The notes: a model not told the origin generated them from the sequence alone. Counted from the whole stretch's first letter, positions 9,905-20,486 are shown. The stretch is DNA of 46,971 nt, filler included, from Pseudomonadota bacterium (GCA_043820105.1; 5 parts of 5 records of this genome joined end to end with filler, not necessarily neighbours in it); one strand, 5' to 3'. Program-made: numbers and translations.

Positions 9905-10573
9905 ATGTCCTCACAGGATCAAGATTTTGCATTAATAACAGTTCCTCCAAATAGTAAAAAAGGTTTTTGGCAAATGCTTGTTGTTATGCTTGGGTTCACC
10001 TTTTTTTCAGCTAGCATGTGGACAGGAGGCAGCCTAGGAACAGGTTTAAATATAAGATCTTTTTTATTAGCTGTTTTGCTTGGAAATTTATTTCTGGGAG
10101 CCTATACAGGACTCCTTGCTTATATTGCTTCTAAAACATCTTTATCTACTCATCTTTTATCCCATTTTTCTTTTGGCGTAAAAGGTTCTTATCTTGCCTC
10201 TTTCCTGCTGGGAAGCACCCAAGTTGGATGGTTTGGAGTTGGAGTTGCAATGTTTGCGCTTCCTGTTCAAAAAGCAACGGGATTAAATGTTAATTTATTA
10301 GTAGCGCTTTCTGGAATTTTAATGACCTCAACAGCTTATTTTGGATTTAGAGCCTTAATCATCCTAAGTTTTATTGCAGTTCCATCCATTACAATTTTAG
10401 GACTTTACTCAGTATCTATGGCTGTTTCATCCATTGGTGGCTTTCATGAACTTCTTAAGATAGAACCTCAAAATTCAATTTTATTTGTTACAGCTGTATC
10501 AATGTGTATCGGCTCTTTTATATCAGGTGGAACTTTAACACCTGATTTTATTAGATTTGCAAAAAGCTCAAAA
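9905..10573 (+). CDS. codB: Cytosine permease (NCS1 family), 3'-truncated by contig end
   Basis: VMLGFTFFSASMWTGG, GxTQVGWFGVGVAMFALPV and GSFISGGTLTPDFIRF match CodB. Confidence 0.9.
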
Positions 10574-10673
10574 NNNNNNNNNNNNNNNNNNNNNNNNNNN
10601 NNNNNNNNNNNNNNNNNTTAATTAATTAANNNNNNNNNNNNNNNNNNNNNNNNNNNNNNNNNNNNNNNNNNNN
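10574..10673. other. Artificial contig linker
   Basis: N44-TTAATTAATTAA-N44. Confidence 0.98.
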
Positions 10674-10741
10674 CCATATTATATATATGGCAGATATGAA
10701 AACAAAATGCAAGCAAATTCGAATGCGAATTTGCTATTATT

Positions 10742-11524
10742 TCATATTTTTACTTTTTGGTGCCTATTTAGTGATTTTGAGGGCTTTATAAGACGTTTAT
10801 TGCGGAATCGCTGACCATTTACTGGAATATCTATCCCAGTTACAAAAAGCTCTTCATCCATTAAAAAATGAACTGCTTTACAAATATCTTCAGGTTTTCC
10901 CCATCTTTTTAATAAAACCTGTTGTGCTTTTTTTTCTATTTCTTCTTTGCTTGTTTTTTCTGGAGCTAGGATGGGTCCTGGGGAGATTGAGTTAACTCTT
11001 ACTTGTGGAGCTAATTCTTTTGCTAAGGCTTTTGTAATTGAATCAAGACATGCTTTTGAAACAGAATAGGGCAGATATCCTTTAAAGGGGTTTTTAACGC
11101 TTTCACAGGTAATGTTAATAATATTTCCTGTTCCCATAGTTCTCATTTTTTTCCCTAAAATAAGTGACAATAGATAAGGTCCCTTTGCATTAACAGACAT
11201 AAAGGTATCAAAACTTTCTTCATCCAGGTTATCAAAGGCAGTTCTATAAAAGATGGAGGCATTATTGATGAGAGTATTAATATGAATATTTTTTTCACCC
11301 AATTCTTTGCAGGCCTTTTTAATTTCTTCTGCTTTTGTAAGATCAAAGTGTGTTAAGATGCATTCACTGCCAAAGGAAGTTAATATTTGCTGAGTTTCTA
11401 GCGCATCCTTTTCAGATCTATAATGATGCAAAACAATATTATACTTTTTCTTAGCCAAATAAATTGCAAGTTCTTTTCCTATTCGTTTGCCTGCTCCTGT
11501 TATTAATACCCATTTATTATGCAT
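10742..11524 (-). CDS. Short-chain dehydrogenase, pteridine reductase/FolM-like
   Basis: TGAGKRIG, NNASIF, YxxSK, LAPQVRVNSISPG. Confidence 0.85.
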   Translation of the reverse strand: MHNKWVLITGAGKRIGKELAIYLAKKKYNIVLHHYRSEKDALETQQILTSFGSECILTHFDLTKAEEIKKACKELGEKNIHINTLINNASIFYRTAFDNLDEESFDTFMSVNAKGPYLLSLILGKKMRTMGTGNIINITCESVKNPFKGYLPYSVSKACLDSITKALAKELAPQVRVNSISPGPILAPEKTSKEEIEKKAQQVLLKRWGKPEDICKAVHFLMDEELFVTGIDIPVNGQRFRNKRLIKPSKSLNRHQKVKI

Positions 11525-11545
11525 TATATACCTTCTAAATTTTTT

Positions 11546-11590
11546 TTAACTCTTAACTCTTAACTCTCAATTCTTAACTCCTAATCTCTA
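11546..11590. repeat. Heptamer tandem repeat (TAACTCT-like)
   Basis: ttaactc ttaactc ttaactc tcaattc ttaactc ctaatct, intergenic. Confidence 0.7.
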
Positions 11591-11699
11591 AATCATCCTT
11601 ATTTTATGTCAAACGTATTTTTTGTTTACTAATTAATTTTATGGTAATATAATTGAATCGGTAACGGTAACGGGCACGTGATTAAGAAAAAAGGTAAAT

Positions 11700-13541
11700 A
11701 TGGCGCTTATATCTGTACATAATATAACAAAAGGATTTTCGGATCGTAATTTGTTTTCTGATGTTTCTTTTCATATTAATGAGAAGGATCGTATTTGTCT
11801 TGTTGGACCTAATGGAGCAGGGAAATCTACGATACTTCGCATTCTTTTAGAGCAATCAAAACCTGATGATGGGACAGTGTCAGTGCATCCAAATACCAGA
11901 GTCGGATATTTGCCTCAAGAGATTGATTATCATTCAAGCAAATCAGTTATAAAGGAAGTCTTAGCATCGATTCCAGAGGGCAAGCAAACTGCCAGAGATG
12001 AAGCAGAAGCTAGAAAAATTCTTCATGGAATGAGTTTTTCTCAAGAGGACATGGAAAGTCTGATTGAATCTTTATCAGGTGGATGGAGAAGGCGGGTGTT
12101 TTTTGCAAAACTATTATTTGAAAAACCTGACCTTTTATTGCTTGATGAGCCTTCAAACCATCTTGATATAGATAACTTATATTGGCTTGAGGATTATTTG
12201 AAATCTTTTTCTGGTGCTGTTTTTATGATAGCTCATGATCGATATCTAATAAATAAGGTTTGTAATAAGATTTATGAAATAGATTCTGGTTACTTTGTTA
12301 AATATACTGGAAATTATAATTTATATTTAGAGGAAAGACTTAAGAATCAAGAGCTTCATGAAAAAAGAATAGAAGAGCAGAAAAAAGAAATGGCTCGCCT
12401 GCAAGAATATATTAATAAAAACAAGGCTGACAAGAGAAGGGCTGCCCAGGTTAGAAGTCGTCAAAAAGTTCTTAATAAGATGGAACGTATTCAACCTTTA
12501 AAATATTCAAAAAAATTAAATTTTAAAATTCCTCAACCTGACAGGGGTCCTGATACTTATATTTGTGCAAAAGGTGTTGATAAGGCTTTTGGTGAAAAAA
12601 TTGTTTTAAAAAATCTAGATCTAAACTTAAGAAGAGCAGAAAAAGCCGCCATTGTTGGAGCTAATGGTTGTGGAAAAACAACCTTGCTGAAGATATTGGC
12701 AGCGAATCTTCAAAAAGATGCAGGTGATGTTTCTATTGAGAGTAGGTTAAGTGTGTTCTATTATTCCCAACATTCAATGGAAGATTTAAATGAGGAAAAA
12801 ACGGTTTTAGACGAATTTACAAGCATTGCTACATATAACAACTTTCCAGATATTAGAAAGTTTTTAGGTCTTTTTTTGTTTTCGCAGAATGAAGTAGAAA
12901 AAAAGATAAAAATTTTATCAGGTGGTGAAAGAGCACGCCTGACTTTAGCTAAAATGTTTTTAATCAAACCTGATTTGCTGATTCTTGATGAACCAACTAA
13001 CCATTTAGATATAGCTTCAAGAGAAGTTTTAGAAAATGCCTTAATTCAGTTTTCTGGTGCAGTGATTTTTGTGTCGCACGATAGAACCTTTATTCAAAAT
13101 ATTGTTAATAATATTTATGAAATGATTGATGGTAAGCTTGAGCATTATATTGGGAATTATGAAGACTATTTAAGGAGGAAAGCTCCAGGGATTATTGAGG
13201 AAGATAAAGAAGTGAAAAGCGAAAAGGAAAAAGGGAAAAGTGAAAAGACTGATAAGAATGAAGATAGAAGTAAAAAAAGAGAAGAAGCAGAAGAAAGAAA
13301 TAGAATTTATAAGATAAAGAAAAAGATTCAAGATAAGATAGATAAGATCGAAAAGAAGATGTTGGAAGCAGAAGAAAGAATGAAGGAAATAGAGGGGTTT
13401 TTATTGGAAGAAGAAGTTTATAAGAATAAAGATTTGTTAATAGTATTGAAAAAAGAGCATGATGATTTGAAGTGGCAGCTTCATGAATTTGATAAAGAAT
13501 GGGAAGAGCTGGTTGAAGAGTTATCTGTTATTGAAAATTGA
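11700..13541 (+). CDS. ABC-F family ribosome-associated ATPase
   Basis: Two ABC cassettes (GPNGAGKS/LSGG/LLDEP and GANGCGKT/LSGGE/ILDEP), no TM segments, C-terminal coiled coil. Confidence 0.92.
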   Translation: MALISVHNITKGFSDRNLFSDVSFHINEKDRICLVGPNGAGKSTILRILLEQSKPDDGTVSVHPNTRVGYLPQEIDYHSSKSVIKEVLASIPEGKQTARDEAEARKILHGMSFSQEDMESLIESLSGGWRRRVFFAKLLFEKPDLLLLDEPSNHLDIDNLYWLEDYLKSFSGAVFMIAHDRYLINKVCNKIYEIDSGYFVKYTGNYNLYLEERLKNQELHEKRIEEQKKEMARLQEYINKNKADKRRAAQVRSRQKVLNKMERIQPLKYSKKLNFKIPQPDRGPDTYICAKGVDKAFGEKIVLKNLDLNLRRAEKAAIVGANGCGKTTLLKILAANLQKDAGDVSIESRLSVFYYSQHSMEDLNEEKTVLDEFTSIATYNNFPDIRKFLGLFLFSQNEVEKKIKILSGGERARLTLAKMFLIKPDLLILDEPTNHLDIASREVLENALIQFSGAVIFVSHDRTFIQNIVNNIYEMIDGKLEHYIGNYEDYLRRKAPGIIEEDKEVKSEKEKGKSEKTDKNEDRSKKREEAEERNRIYKIKKKIQDKIDKIEKKMLEAEERMKEIEGFLLEEEVYKNKDLLIVLKKEHDDLKWQLHEFDKEWEELVEELSVIEN

Positions 13542-13610
13542 TTGTTTTAGGAGGTTTAAATAAATTAGAATAATCAATAATTAATAAATAATAATTAATA
13601 ATTAATTTTT

Positions 13611-14774
13611 TTAGACTTTTACAAGAGGATCAAAGAGCTTATTGTATTCGTCAATTGCATATCTATCAGTCATACCCGCTACATAATCACAAACTATTCT
13701 TTTTAGACTGTTTTCTTTATCAACTTTCTTTTGGATTTTGTGTGGCATCATTTTGGGATTATTTAGGTAAGAATTGAAAAGCCGGTTAATAATCATTCTG
13801 GCTTTTTCTTCCATTCTGACAACTCTGTAATGTCTGTATAGATTTCCCATTAAAAAATCCATTAATTGATAATTGTATTCATGCATTTTCTCACTGAATT
13901 TAGCTAAAAAGTTTTCTGCATTTCTGATATCATTTATTGTGTTAATATTATTTTGGTTTATATTAATACTGGTTTGTTCAATTAGGTCATTTAATTGCAG
14001 TTCAAGAATTTGTTCTATTGTTTTTTTAATCATCATCTTGCGATTTCTGATTTGGAATTTATCAAGGACTAGCTTTACTGCTTCTTTCCAAAGTTCAAGA
14101 TCATTGAGCATTTCATATTTTAATAAACCTGACTGCAAACCATCATCAAGATCGTGGGCATTAAAGGCTATCACATCTGTTAAATTTATTATTTGGGCTT
14201 CTAAAAATGGTTTATCTTCTGGATTTAAATCTACAGGTACTTCTGAATAATCATAACTTGTTGTATGTTTTATAATGCCTTCTCTGAGTTCATAGCAGAG
14301 ATTTAGGCCTTCTACATCTGGTAAGGCATATTCAAGTTTATCAACAACTCTTAAACTTTGCTCATTGTGACTGAATCCTTTTTCAGCTTCCATTAATTCA
14401 TTAAGAATCTTTTCACCAGCGTGTCCAAAGGGAGTGTGGCCAATGTCATGGGCAAGAACTAAACCCTCAATAAGATCTTCATTTAATTTTAAAGCCCTGG
14501 CTATGATTCTTGAAGCCTGGGAAACTTCAATTGAATGTGTTAAGCGAGTTCTATAATGATCACCTTCATGGTTTACGAAAACTTGGGTTTTATATTCAAG
14601 GCGCCGAAAAGCTTGGGTTTGAATAATTCTTTGAATATCAATTTGAAAATCAGTGCAATAGGGATGTTTTTCTTCTTTTATTCTTCTTCCTTTGCTTTGG
14701 GCGCATTTAACAGCAAAAAGAGCAAGATTCTCCAGTTCCCTTTTTTCTAATTCATTAGTTGTTAATGTTGTCAA
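13611..14774 (-). CDS. dgt: Deoxyguanosinetriphosphate triphosphohydrolase (HD family dNTPase)
   Basis: AFRRLEYKTQVF, RTRLTHS, HDIGHTPFGHAGE, DYVAGMTD. Confidence 0.92.
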   Translation of the reverse strand: MTTLTTNELEKRELENLALFAVKCAQSKGRRIKEEKHPYCTDFQIDIQRIIQTQAFRRLEYKTQVFVNHEGDHYRTRLTHSIEVSQASRIIARALKLNEDLIEGLVLAHDIGHTPFGHAGEKILNELMEAEKGFSHNEQSLRVVDKLEYALPDVEGLNLCYELREGIIKHTTSYDYSEVPVDLNPEDKPFLEAQIINLTDVIAFNAHDLDDGLQSGLLKYEMLNDLELWKEAVKLVLDKFQIRNRKMMIKKTIEQILELQLNDLIEQTSININQNNINTINDIRNAENFLAKFSEKMHEYNYQLMDFLMGNLYRHYRVVRMEEKARMIINRLFNSYLNNPKMMPHKIQKKVDKENSLKRIVCDYVAGMTDRYAIDEYNKLFDPLVKV

Positions 14775-15107
14775 AGTATACTCCTTATTAATAGCTTTTT
14801 AGCTTCTAACTTTTCTAATAAAAAAAACTTGATCAAGCAAGAAAGAAGTTGTCCCACTTTTGAAGCCTAATCTTCACGCTTTCAGTTTTGAATTATTTTA
14901 AGATGTAGAATTTATAGGCTCAATTTTTTTTTGCATGAAATGTGCCAGTTTTAGTTTTATCTTTTAAAAATCCTAAACTGGCATGGCCAGAACCAAAAAG
15001 GGAATCAACACATCATCTTAATTCAAAATTAATTGCTAGTATCAAGTGGCTTCAGCTATCGGACTTCGGGCTACAAGGACTCAATATTTTAGCTTATTTT
15101 TTACTAT

Positions 15108-15163
15108 GGTAGATGTACCAGTTTTACGTCCCTATGGTGGGTCAGTTTTCAATCCCATTGGCA
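15108..15163 (-). mobile_element. Orphan IS21-family-like terminal repeat
   Basis: Reverse complement TGCCAATGGGATTGAAAACTGACCCACCATAGGGACGTAAAACTGGTACA: TG terminus plus two internal AAAACTGNNNCA repeats; closely similar to 38836-38888; no istA/istB nearby. Confidence 0.65.
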
Positions 15164-15186
15164 GAGGCTAAAAAAATCAATGTGAT

Positions 15187-16995
15187 TTAATTACCATTAT
15201 CATTAAAAAACTCTATATAGTCGCTTTCATTTTCTATTAAATATGAATGTTTTCCTATTAAAGGTGTTTTTCCTTTGCGAAGCATTATTATTTGGTCTGA
15301 ATCTTTTATAGTTGAAACTCTATGTGCAATCGTTAGTGTTGTTTTGTACCTAACAGCGTTTGGCAACGAATTATAAATTGATTTTTCAGTAATATTATCA
15401 AGTGCTGACGTAGGTTCATCAAGAATAAGGATATCAGGATTTTTTACTAAAGCTCTAGCCAAAGATATACGTTGCTTTTGACCTTCTGAAAGATTTTTAC
15501 CTTTTTCTTGAATTTTTGTTTCGTATTTTTCTGGAAGGCTTTCTATGAATTCGTGAATTCCAGCAATTTTTGCTGCTTTTATGATTTCACTCATAGAAGC
15601 TTCCAGATTACCATATCTTAAGTTTTCTGTCACTGATCCTGTTAGTAATGTTGTGGATTGTGCTACATATCCAATTCTGTTTCTTAATGATCTTACATTA
15701 TATTCCAGGACATTTTTGTTATCAAAAATTATATGGCCTTTTGTTGGTCTATAAAGCTGCATTATAAGTGAAATGAATGTTGTTTTGCCAACGCCACTTT
15801 CACCAATAATGGCCCAGTTTTCACCTTTATTTATTTTTATTGAAATATTATTAAGGATGGTTTTTGGGGGATCATATGAAAAAGATACATCTTTAAATTC
15901 AAGATCTCCTTCTAGTTTGTCTATCTTTAAACCAACTTCAGTATTAGGTTCTGGGATTGTTTCAAATAGTGCAACAGTTCTGTTCAGAGCTGCTTTTGCG
16001 CTTTGATATTGATTAATACTTGAGCTTAAGAAATTAACTGGACCATAAACATAACCAAGGTAGGAACGAAATGCAATTAAACTTCCTAATGTCCAATGGT
16101 CTGTAATTACCCAATAAGCCCCAAAACCCAAGACAAAATATTCAGCCAGTTTTGGAACAAAAGTTTGCAGAGTACCACTTAAAGAATTCAACATTAATTG
16201 TTCATTAGCCAGTCTATTATTTTGTTTTATTTCATCACATATTTTTGTAATTGAACGCTGTTCTGAAGCAAAGGCTTTTATTAGTGGGATCGAGGAAAGC
16301 AGCTCCTGGAAAACGCCCTGATATCTTGCATGTCTTTCGCTATTTCTGTGACTCATTATATATGTTCTTTTTGCAAAAAACCGTGTAACAAATACTGAAA
16401 TTGGTAAAAACAAAATAACAGGCACAGCTATTCGCCATTCAAGATAAACTAAAAATCCAACACCACCAAAAAATTTTATAATATGAACAAAGATTTGAAC
16501 TACAGTGCTTGAAAAAAACCATTTAATACTACCTAGGTCTCCAGTTAAGCGGGACATTAAATAGCCTTGCTGTATTTTATCAAAAAAGCTTTTTGGCAGG
16601 GATAAAATTCTTTGAAGGAGTTTGGTTTGCAGGTCTAACATCACTTTTTGATCAAATCTTGTATTGTAAAACATGTTTAATTTGCTAGATGTTTGAGTGA
16701 TTATCATAATACTTGCCATTAATCCAAGTACTGGTAACAAAAGGACTAACTGCTTTTTCATTATTACATCATCAATAAGATATCTTGAAATTAAGGGCAT
16801 TGGAAAGGCTAGCATAGAATTTATAAATAGCAATGTATAAGCAATTGCACCTAATTTCCAGTATTTAAATACAGAAGGAAAAATATAGGCTAAGCTTTCT
16901 TTAAGCTTTCCATAGCTTTTCCCTTTTGGAATTGAATCTTCAGGAAGCTCAGCTTTAAGAGCTTGTTTTAGTAATTTTAACCATTCATTCTTCAT
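15187..16995 (-). CDS. ABC exporter, fused permease + ATPase
   Basis: N-terminal TM domain, GESGVGKT, signature variant LSEGQKQR, ILDEPT. Confidence 0.92.
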   Translation of the reverse strand: MKNEWLKLLKQALKAELPEDSIPKGKSYGKLKESLAYIFPSVFKYWKLGAIAYTLLFINSMLAFPMPLISRYLIDDVIMKKQLVLLLPVLGLMASIMIITQTSSKLNMFYNTRFDQKVMLDLQTKLLQRILSLPKSFFDKIQQGYLMSRLTGDLGSIKWFFSSTVVQIFVHIIKFFGGVGFLVYLEWRIAVPVILFLPISVFVTRFFAKRTYIMSHRNSERHARYQGVFQELLSSIPLIKAFASEQRSITKICDEIKQNNRLANEQLMLNSLSGTLQTFVPKLAEYFVLGFGAYWVITDHWTLGSLIAFRSYLGYVYGPVNFLSSSINQYQSAKAALNRTVALFETIPEPNTEVGLKIDKLEGDLEFKDVSFSYDPPKTILNNISIKINKGENWAIIGESGVGKTTFISLIMQLYRPTKGHIIFDNKNVLEYNVRSLRNRIGYVAQSTTLLTGSVTENLRYGNLEASMSEIIKAAKIAGIHEFIESLPEKYETKIQEKGKNLSEGQKQRISLARALVKNPDILILDEPTSALDNITEKSIYNSLPNAVRYKTTLTIAHRVSTIKDSDQIIMLRKGKTPLIGKHSYLIENESDYIEFFNDNGN

Positions 16996-17186
16996 CTTTT
17001 ATTACAAATTTTCAGTAATTCTGATTGTTTTCCTTAAAATATTTGATAAATGTTGTAGTTTAATTTCACCTTATTTAATAAATTTCAATATAATTCTTTT
17101 GGGGCACAATATGGTCATTTAAAATTTTAAAACTGTTTTAATTTATGTAAGTGCTTGTAATTAGTAGTCTCTCTTTACTTCTAGAA

Positions 17187-17202
17187 TGGCATGCTATTTG
17201 CA
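17187..17202 (+). promoter_or_regulatory. Sigma-54 -24/-12 promoter candidate
   Basis: TGGCATGCTATTTGCA, near-consensus, ~40 nt upstream of start 17241. Confidence 0.75.
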
Positions 17203-17240
17203 TTATTTTAAAAATAGTATTATTTTAATGGGACCATATT

Positions 17241-18464
17241 GTGAAGTATCTGAATAAAATAATTATTTTAATATTTTATTTCTTAACATATTCACCTGTC
17301 AATGCTTCTGTCTGCATCAACTTGTTTAATTATATAGAAGATTTTCAAGTCTATTATGAGTCTAGCACTGTTGTTAAAAAAGCTATTAAGGAAGCTCAAA
17401 GACGTAATTCAATAAATAATAAAGATAAGGCAAGCAAGGAAATTGAACATAGACAAAAAGTTTTAAAAAGTCTTTTGGAGATTACTGGCAATCAATTCCT
17501 TCCAAAGTATTTTCAAGATAGAGTAAGCATAAAAAAAATCTCTGTTTATGTTTTTGATCTGCTCGAGGCTGAATCACAAAAGGCTAGAAATATTTTTAAT
17601 ATCGCAGGGGAATCAGTAAAGATGTTGGAAAGCATTTTTGGAATTAAATCAGGTACAATATTAATTTGGATGTTTGACCATTTATTTTGGGACGTTTATT
17701 TAGAAAGATCTGAATCAAGAAGTGATTATGGTTTCAATCTTTTTTATGAGGACAGACTGCAATCGATTTTTATACCAAGAGACTCTGAGGGTATATTAAA
17801 TAAAATGCTTGAGGCTTTAGCTCAAGTTGACAATGAAGTTGATATGGCACGTGTTTGTAAAGCTTATAATGTGGCAAATAAGCAGGCTTTGCTTTATTAT
17901 TGGTCATCAATTTCGGAAGATGTGTTGTATTGGATGTCCCCACTTCGAGTTGAGGGTATTTCTCATGAACTTGCACATCATTTTATGCATAAAAGTGGTT
18001 TGCATTATAGAGTAAGCTCTACGGTTGCAGAGATAATACCAGCCTTACTTCAATTATATATAGCTGAAGAATTAATTGTACCAGAATTAGAAAGTCATGG
18101 TATTAAGACACACCGTGAGGGTGTTAAACTCTTGAGAGAAATTAATGAAAAAAAGTTGAGTTTATTTGTTTCAAATAAAAAAGCAGTTATCTCACGACAT
18201 TCATTTTTTAAACCAAATCCTTTAATTTTCAAATGGTTTTATTTAATGATTTTAAATCAGTATGCAGATAAATTTTATGGACAGGATGGTTTTATTAAAG
18301 CCCTTATAGATATGATGTTAAAAGAAGACGCTAATATTAGCAATCAACGTTTTGTTGAATTAACAGCCATGGCTTATAATGCTTCAACAAATAGTTTTTT
18401 GTCTGTTGATGAATTTTTAAAAAGACAGGAAAGTGAACTGTTATACATCTTATATAGAGAATAG
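17241..18464 (+). CDS. Secreted hypothetical protein with HExxH zinc-metallopeptidase motif
   Basis: Signal peptide (…SPVNA), SHELAHH followed by a downstream Glu (VAEII). Confidence 0.65.
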   Translation: MKYLNKIIILIFYFLTYSPVNASVCINLFNYIEDFQVYYESSTVVKKAIKEAQRRNSINNKDKASKEIEHRQKVLKSLLEITGNQFLPKYFQDRVSIKKISVYVFDLLEAESQKARNIFNIAGESVKMLESIFGIKSGTILIWMFDHLFWDVYLERSESRSDYGFNLFYEDRLQSIFIPRDSEGILNKMLEALAQVDNEVDMARVCKAYNVANKQALLYYWSSISEDVLYWMSPLRVEGISHELAHHFMHKSGLHYRVSSTVAEIIPALLQLYIAEELIVPELESHGIKTHREGVKLLREINEKKLSLFVSNKKAVISRHSFFKPNPLIFKWFYLMILNQYADKFYGQDGFIKALIDMMLKEDANISNQRFVELTAMAYNASTNSFLSVDEFLKRQESELLYILYRE

Positions 18465-18529
18465 AAATTAAATAAATTATAACATTAATATCACTAAAAT
18501 GTCTCACAAGTATTTCAATGCTATTAAAG

Positions 18530-20179
18530 CTATACTAATGGCAATGTAATTGTAAACTTTGTGCCTTGGTTTACTTCAGAAGCACACACTATAACTCCAC
18601 CTTGGGATTTGATAATTTCTCTTGCTATATATAGTCCAATTCCAATTCCTTCCACTTTACCAGTCATATATTTTTCAACTTGTACAAAACTATCAAAAAT
18701 ATAAGCTATTGCTTCATTTGAAATGCCAATGCCATTATCTTCAATTGTAATAATCGCTTTGTCAGTTGTTTTTGAAAGCTTGATGCTAATTTGAGTTTTT
18801 TCAGGATTAAATTTAATTGCATTTTCAACAATGTGCCCTATGGACTTAATCATACTTTCTTCATTAAATAGGCATTGTATGGAAGTATCAGAATAGTTCT
18901 TAATTAATTTTATTTTTTTGTCTTTAGCTGAATTTGTGTGTTTTATGCAGATTTTATCTAGCAGATCTTTAATGATTATATTTTGTTTTTTAAGCTCATT
19001 TGACATTTGTTCATTACTAAAATTTGTCAAATCAAGCAGAGAAAGAATTATGCGTGTTAAATTTTTTGATTGTTTAATTGCTCTTTCAAGGCAGTCTTTG
19101 ATTTCGCTGTCCTGATTACATATTTTTGAGTGAGAAATTAGGTTAAGATTTAGATTTAATATTTGAAGTGGAGTTCTAAGTTTATGCGAAAGAGTTGAAA
19201 GAAAAATTGTTTTTAGATTTTCAGTATGTCTTTGTTTTGTAATATCTTTAAAAACAAATAAATAACCATCGATTTCATTGTCAGATGTATATAATCTTTC
19301 GATATCTGTAGAATATACCAGGCCTTGATTTTTAAATTCCAAATCAACAGAAGCATTTTTTACATGTTGAATCAGCTCTTCTAGGGAAATAGTCAGAGAA
19401 GATTGAGAAAAAATTGGAGCTATATTGTTGCCTTCATCAATATTATTCAAAAAATGAAACATATCTTTTGCTGAAGAATTTATTATTGAAACCTCAAAAT
19501 CAGGATTAGTGTATATTAGGCCATCGCTAACTGATTGGAATATTGAAAAGAGCTTGTTTTGCCCATCAGTTACATTGGTCATGAGGTCAAAAGCTTCAAT
19601 AATTCTACCAATATACTGTGTGAAAATAGAAATTGGTTTTAGATTTTTATCTGTTATTTCTTTTTCTCCAGTTGGGTTTCCAATAAAAATAATGTGAGTT
19701 AATTGATTATATTTTTTAATTGGAAGAATTCCTATTATTTGAGTTTCAAAGTATTGACTGAGGTGGTGAAAAATATATTTAAAATCACTTTCTTCTGAAT
19801 TAAGTTTTATTTCTTGGTTAGCAAGAAGATTAAATACTATATCTGTATCCATGGTCATGGTTTTAAGCTTAAACTGTTCATTGTCAATTCCAAGACAGTT
19901 TGAAACCTTTAAACCACCCTTCGTTGCCTGAGTCAAAACTACTTCTGAGATATTAAATGTTTCAGAGATTAAACTGCAAATTAAATTTACAAGTTCTACT
20001 TTTGATTTTATATTCTTAAGATGACTTGCTGGATTGAATAAGGTTTCAACATTGTTAATATAGTTACTTAATATGTCTGGTTTGAAATTGTTTATAGGAG
20101 TGTCTTGGTTGCTCCCTTTTATTTGGTTCACCATTTCTATGTACCATCCCATTTCATTGTTGCGCGATGGCTCAAGCAA
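18530..20179 (-). CDS. Cytoplasmic sensor histidine kinase (GAF-like, PAS, HisKA, HATPase); start uncertain
   Basis: H-box SHKLRTPL, ENAIKF, DNGIGI, GIGIGLYI; PAS-like SVSDGLIYT...IINSSA. Confidence 0.9.
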   Translation of the reverse strand: MLEPSRNNEMGWYIEMVNQIKGSNQDTPINNFKPDILSNYINNVETLFNPASHLKNIKSKVELVNLICSLISETFNISEVVLTQATKGGLKVSNCLGIDNEQFKLKTMTMDTDIVFNLLANQEIKLNSEESDFKYIFHHLSQYFETQIIGILPIKKYNQLTHIIFIGNPTGEKEITDKNLKPISIFTQYIGRIIEAFDLMTNVTDGQNKLFSIFQSVSDGLIYTNPDFEVSIINSSAKDMFHFLNNIDEGNNIAPIFSQSSLTISLEELIQHVKNASVDLEFKNQGLVYSTDIERLYTSDNEIDGYLFVFKDITKQRHTENLKTIFLSTLSHKLRTPLQILNLNLNLISHSKICNQDSEIKDCLERAIKQSKNLTRIILSLLDLTNFSNEQMSNELKKQNIIIKDLLDKICIKHTNSAKDKKIKLIKNYSDTSIQCLFNEESMIKSIGHIVENAIKFNPEKTQISIKLSKTTDKAIITIEDNGIGISNEAIAYIFDSFVQVEKYMTGKVEGIGIGLYIAREIIKSQGGVIVCASEVNQGTKFTITLPLV

Positions 20180-20245
20180 TTAGCACACCGCATCATGAAT
20201 TGCAACAAAAAAATAATATACCTATGTTTTTGGGTGTATTAAAAT

Positions 20246-20282
20246 TATGGATCATCTCCAATTTGAATACCTAAACAATAGA
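20246..20282. repeat. Dispersed copy of the end of the foldback element
   Basis: 36/37 identity to the reverse complement of 108-144. Confidence 0.8.
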
Positions 20283-20386
20283 GCAGCAGTTTTCAGTTAA
20301 ATCTGAGAAGAAGAGCACAAAAAATCATTAACCTCATCTTAATCCTAATCATAATCATAATCCTAAGATTAATCCAATGGTTTCAT

Positions 20387-20486
20387 NNNNNNNNNNNNNN
20401 NNNNNNNNNNNNNNNNNNNNNNNNNNNNNNTTAATTAATTAANNNNNNNNNNNNNNNNNNNNNNNNNNNNNNNNNNNNNNNNNNNN
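20387..20486. other. Artificial contig linker
   Basis: N44-TTAATTAATTAA-N44. Confidence 0.98.

Noticed and set aside
13611..14774. Antiphage dGTPase
   Set aside because: Looks like the ordinary short housekeeping dgt in a housekeeping neighbourhood.
14932..14983. Inverted repeat TGCCAGTTT..AAACTGGCA and a minus-strand sigma-54-like TGGCACATTTCATGCA upstream of dgt
   Set aside because: Long loop and no U-tract for a terminator; the -12 element is imperfect and far from the start. It also shows such motifs can arise outside the orphan set.
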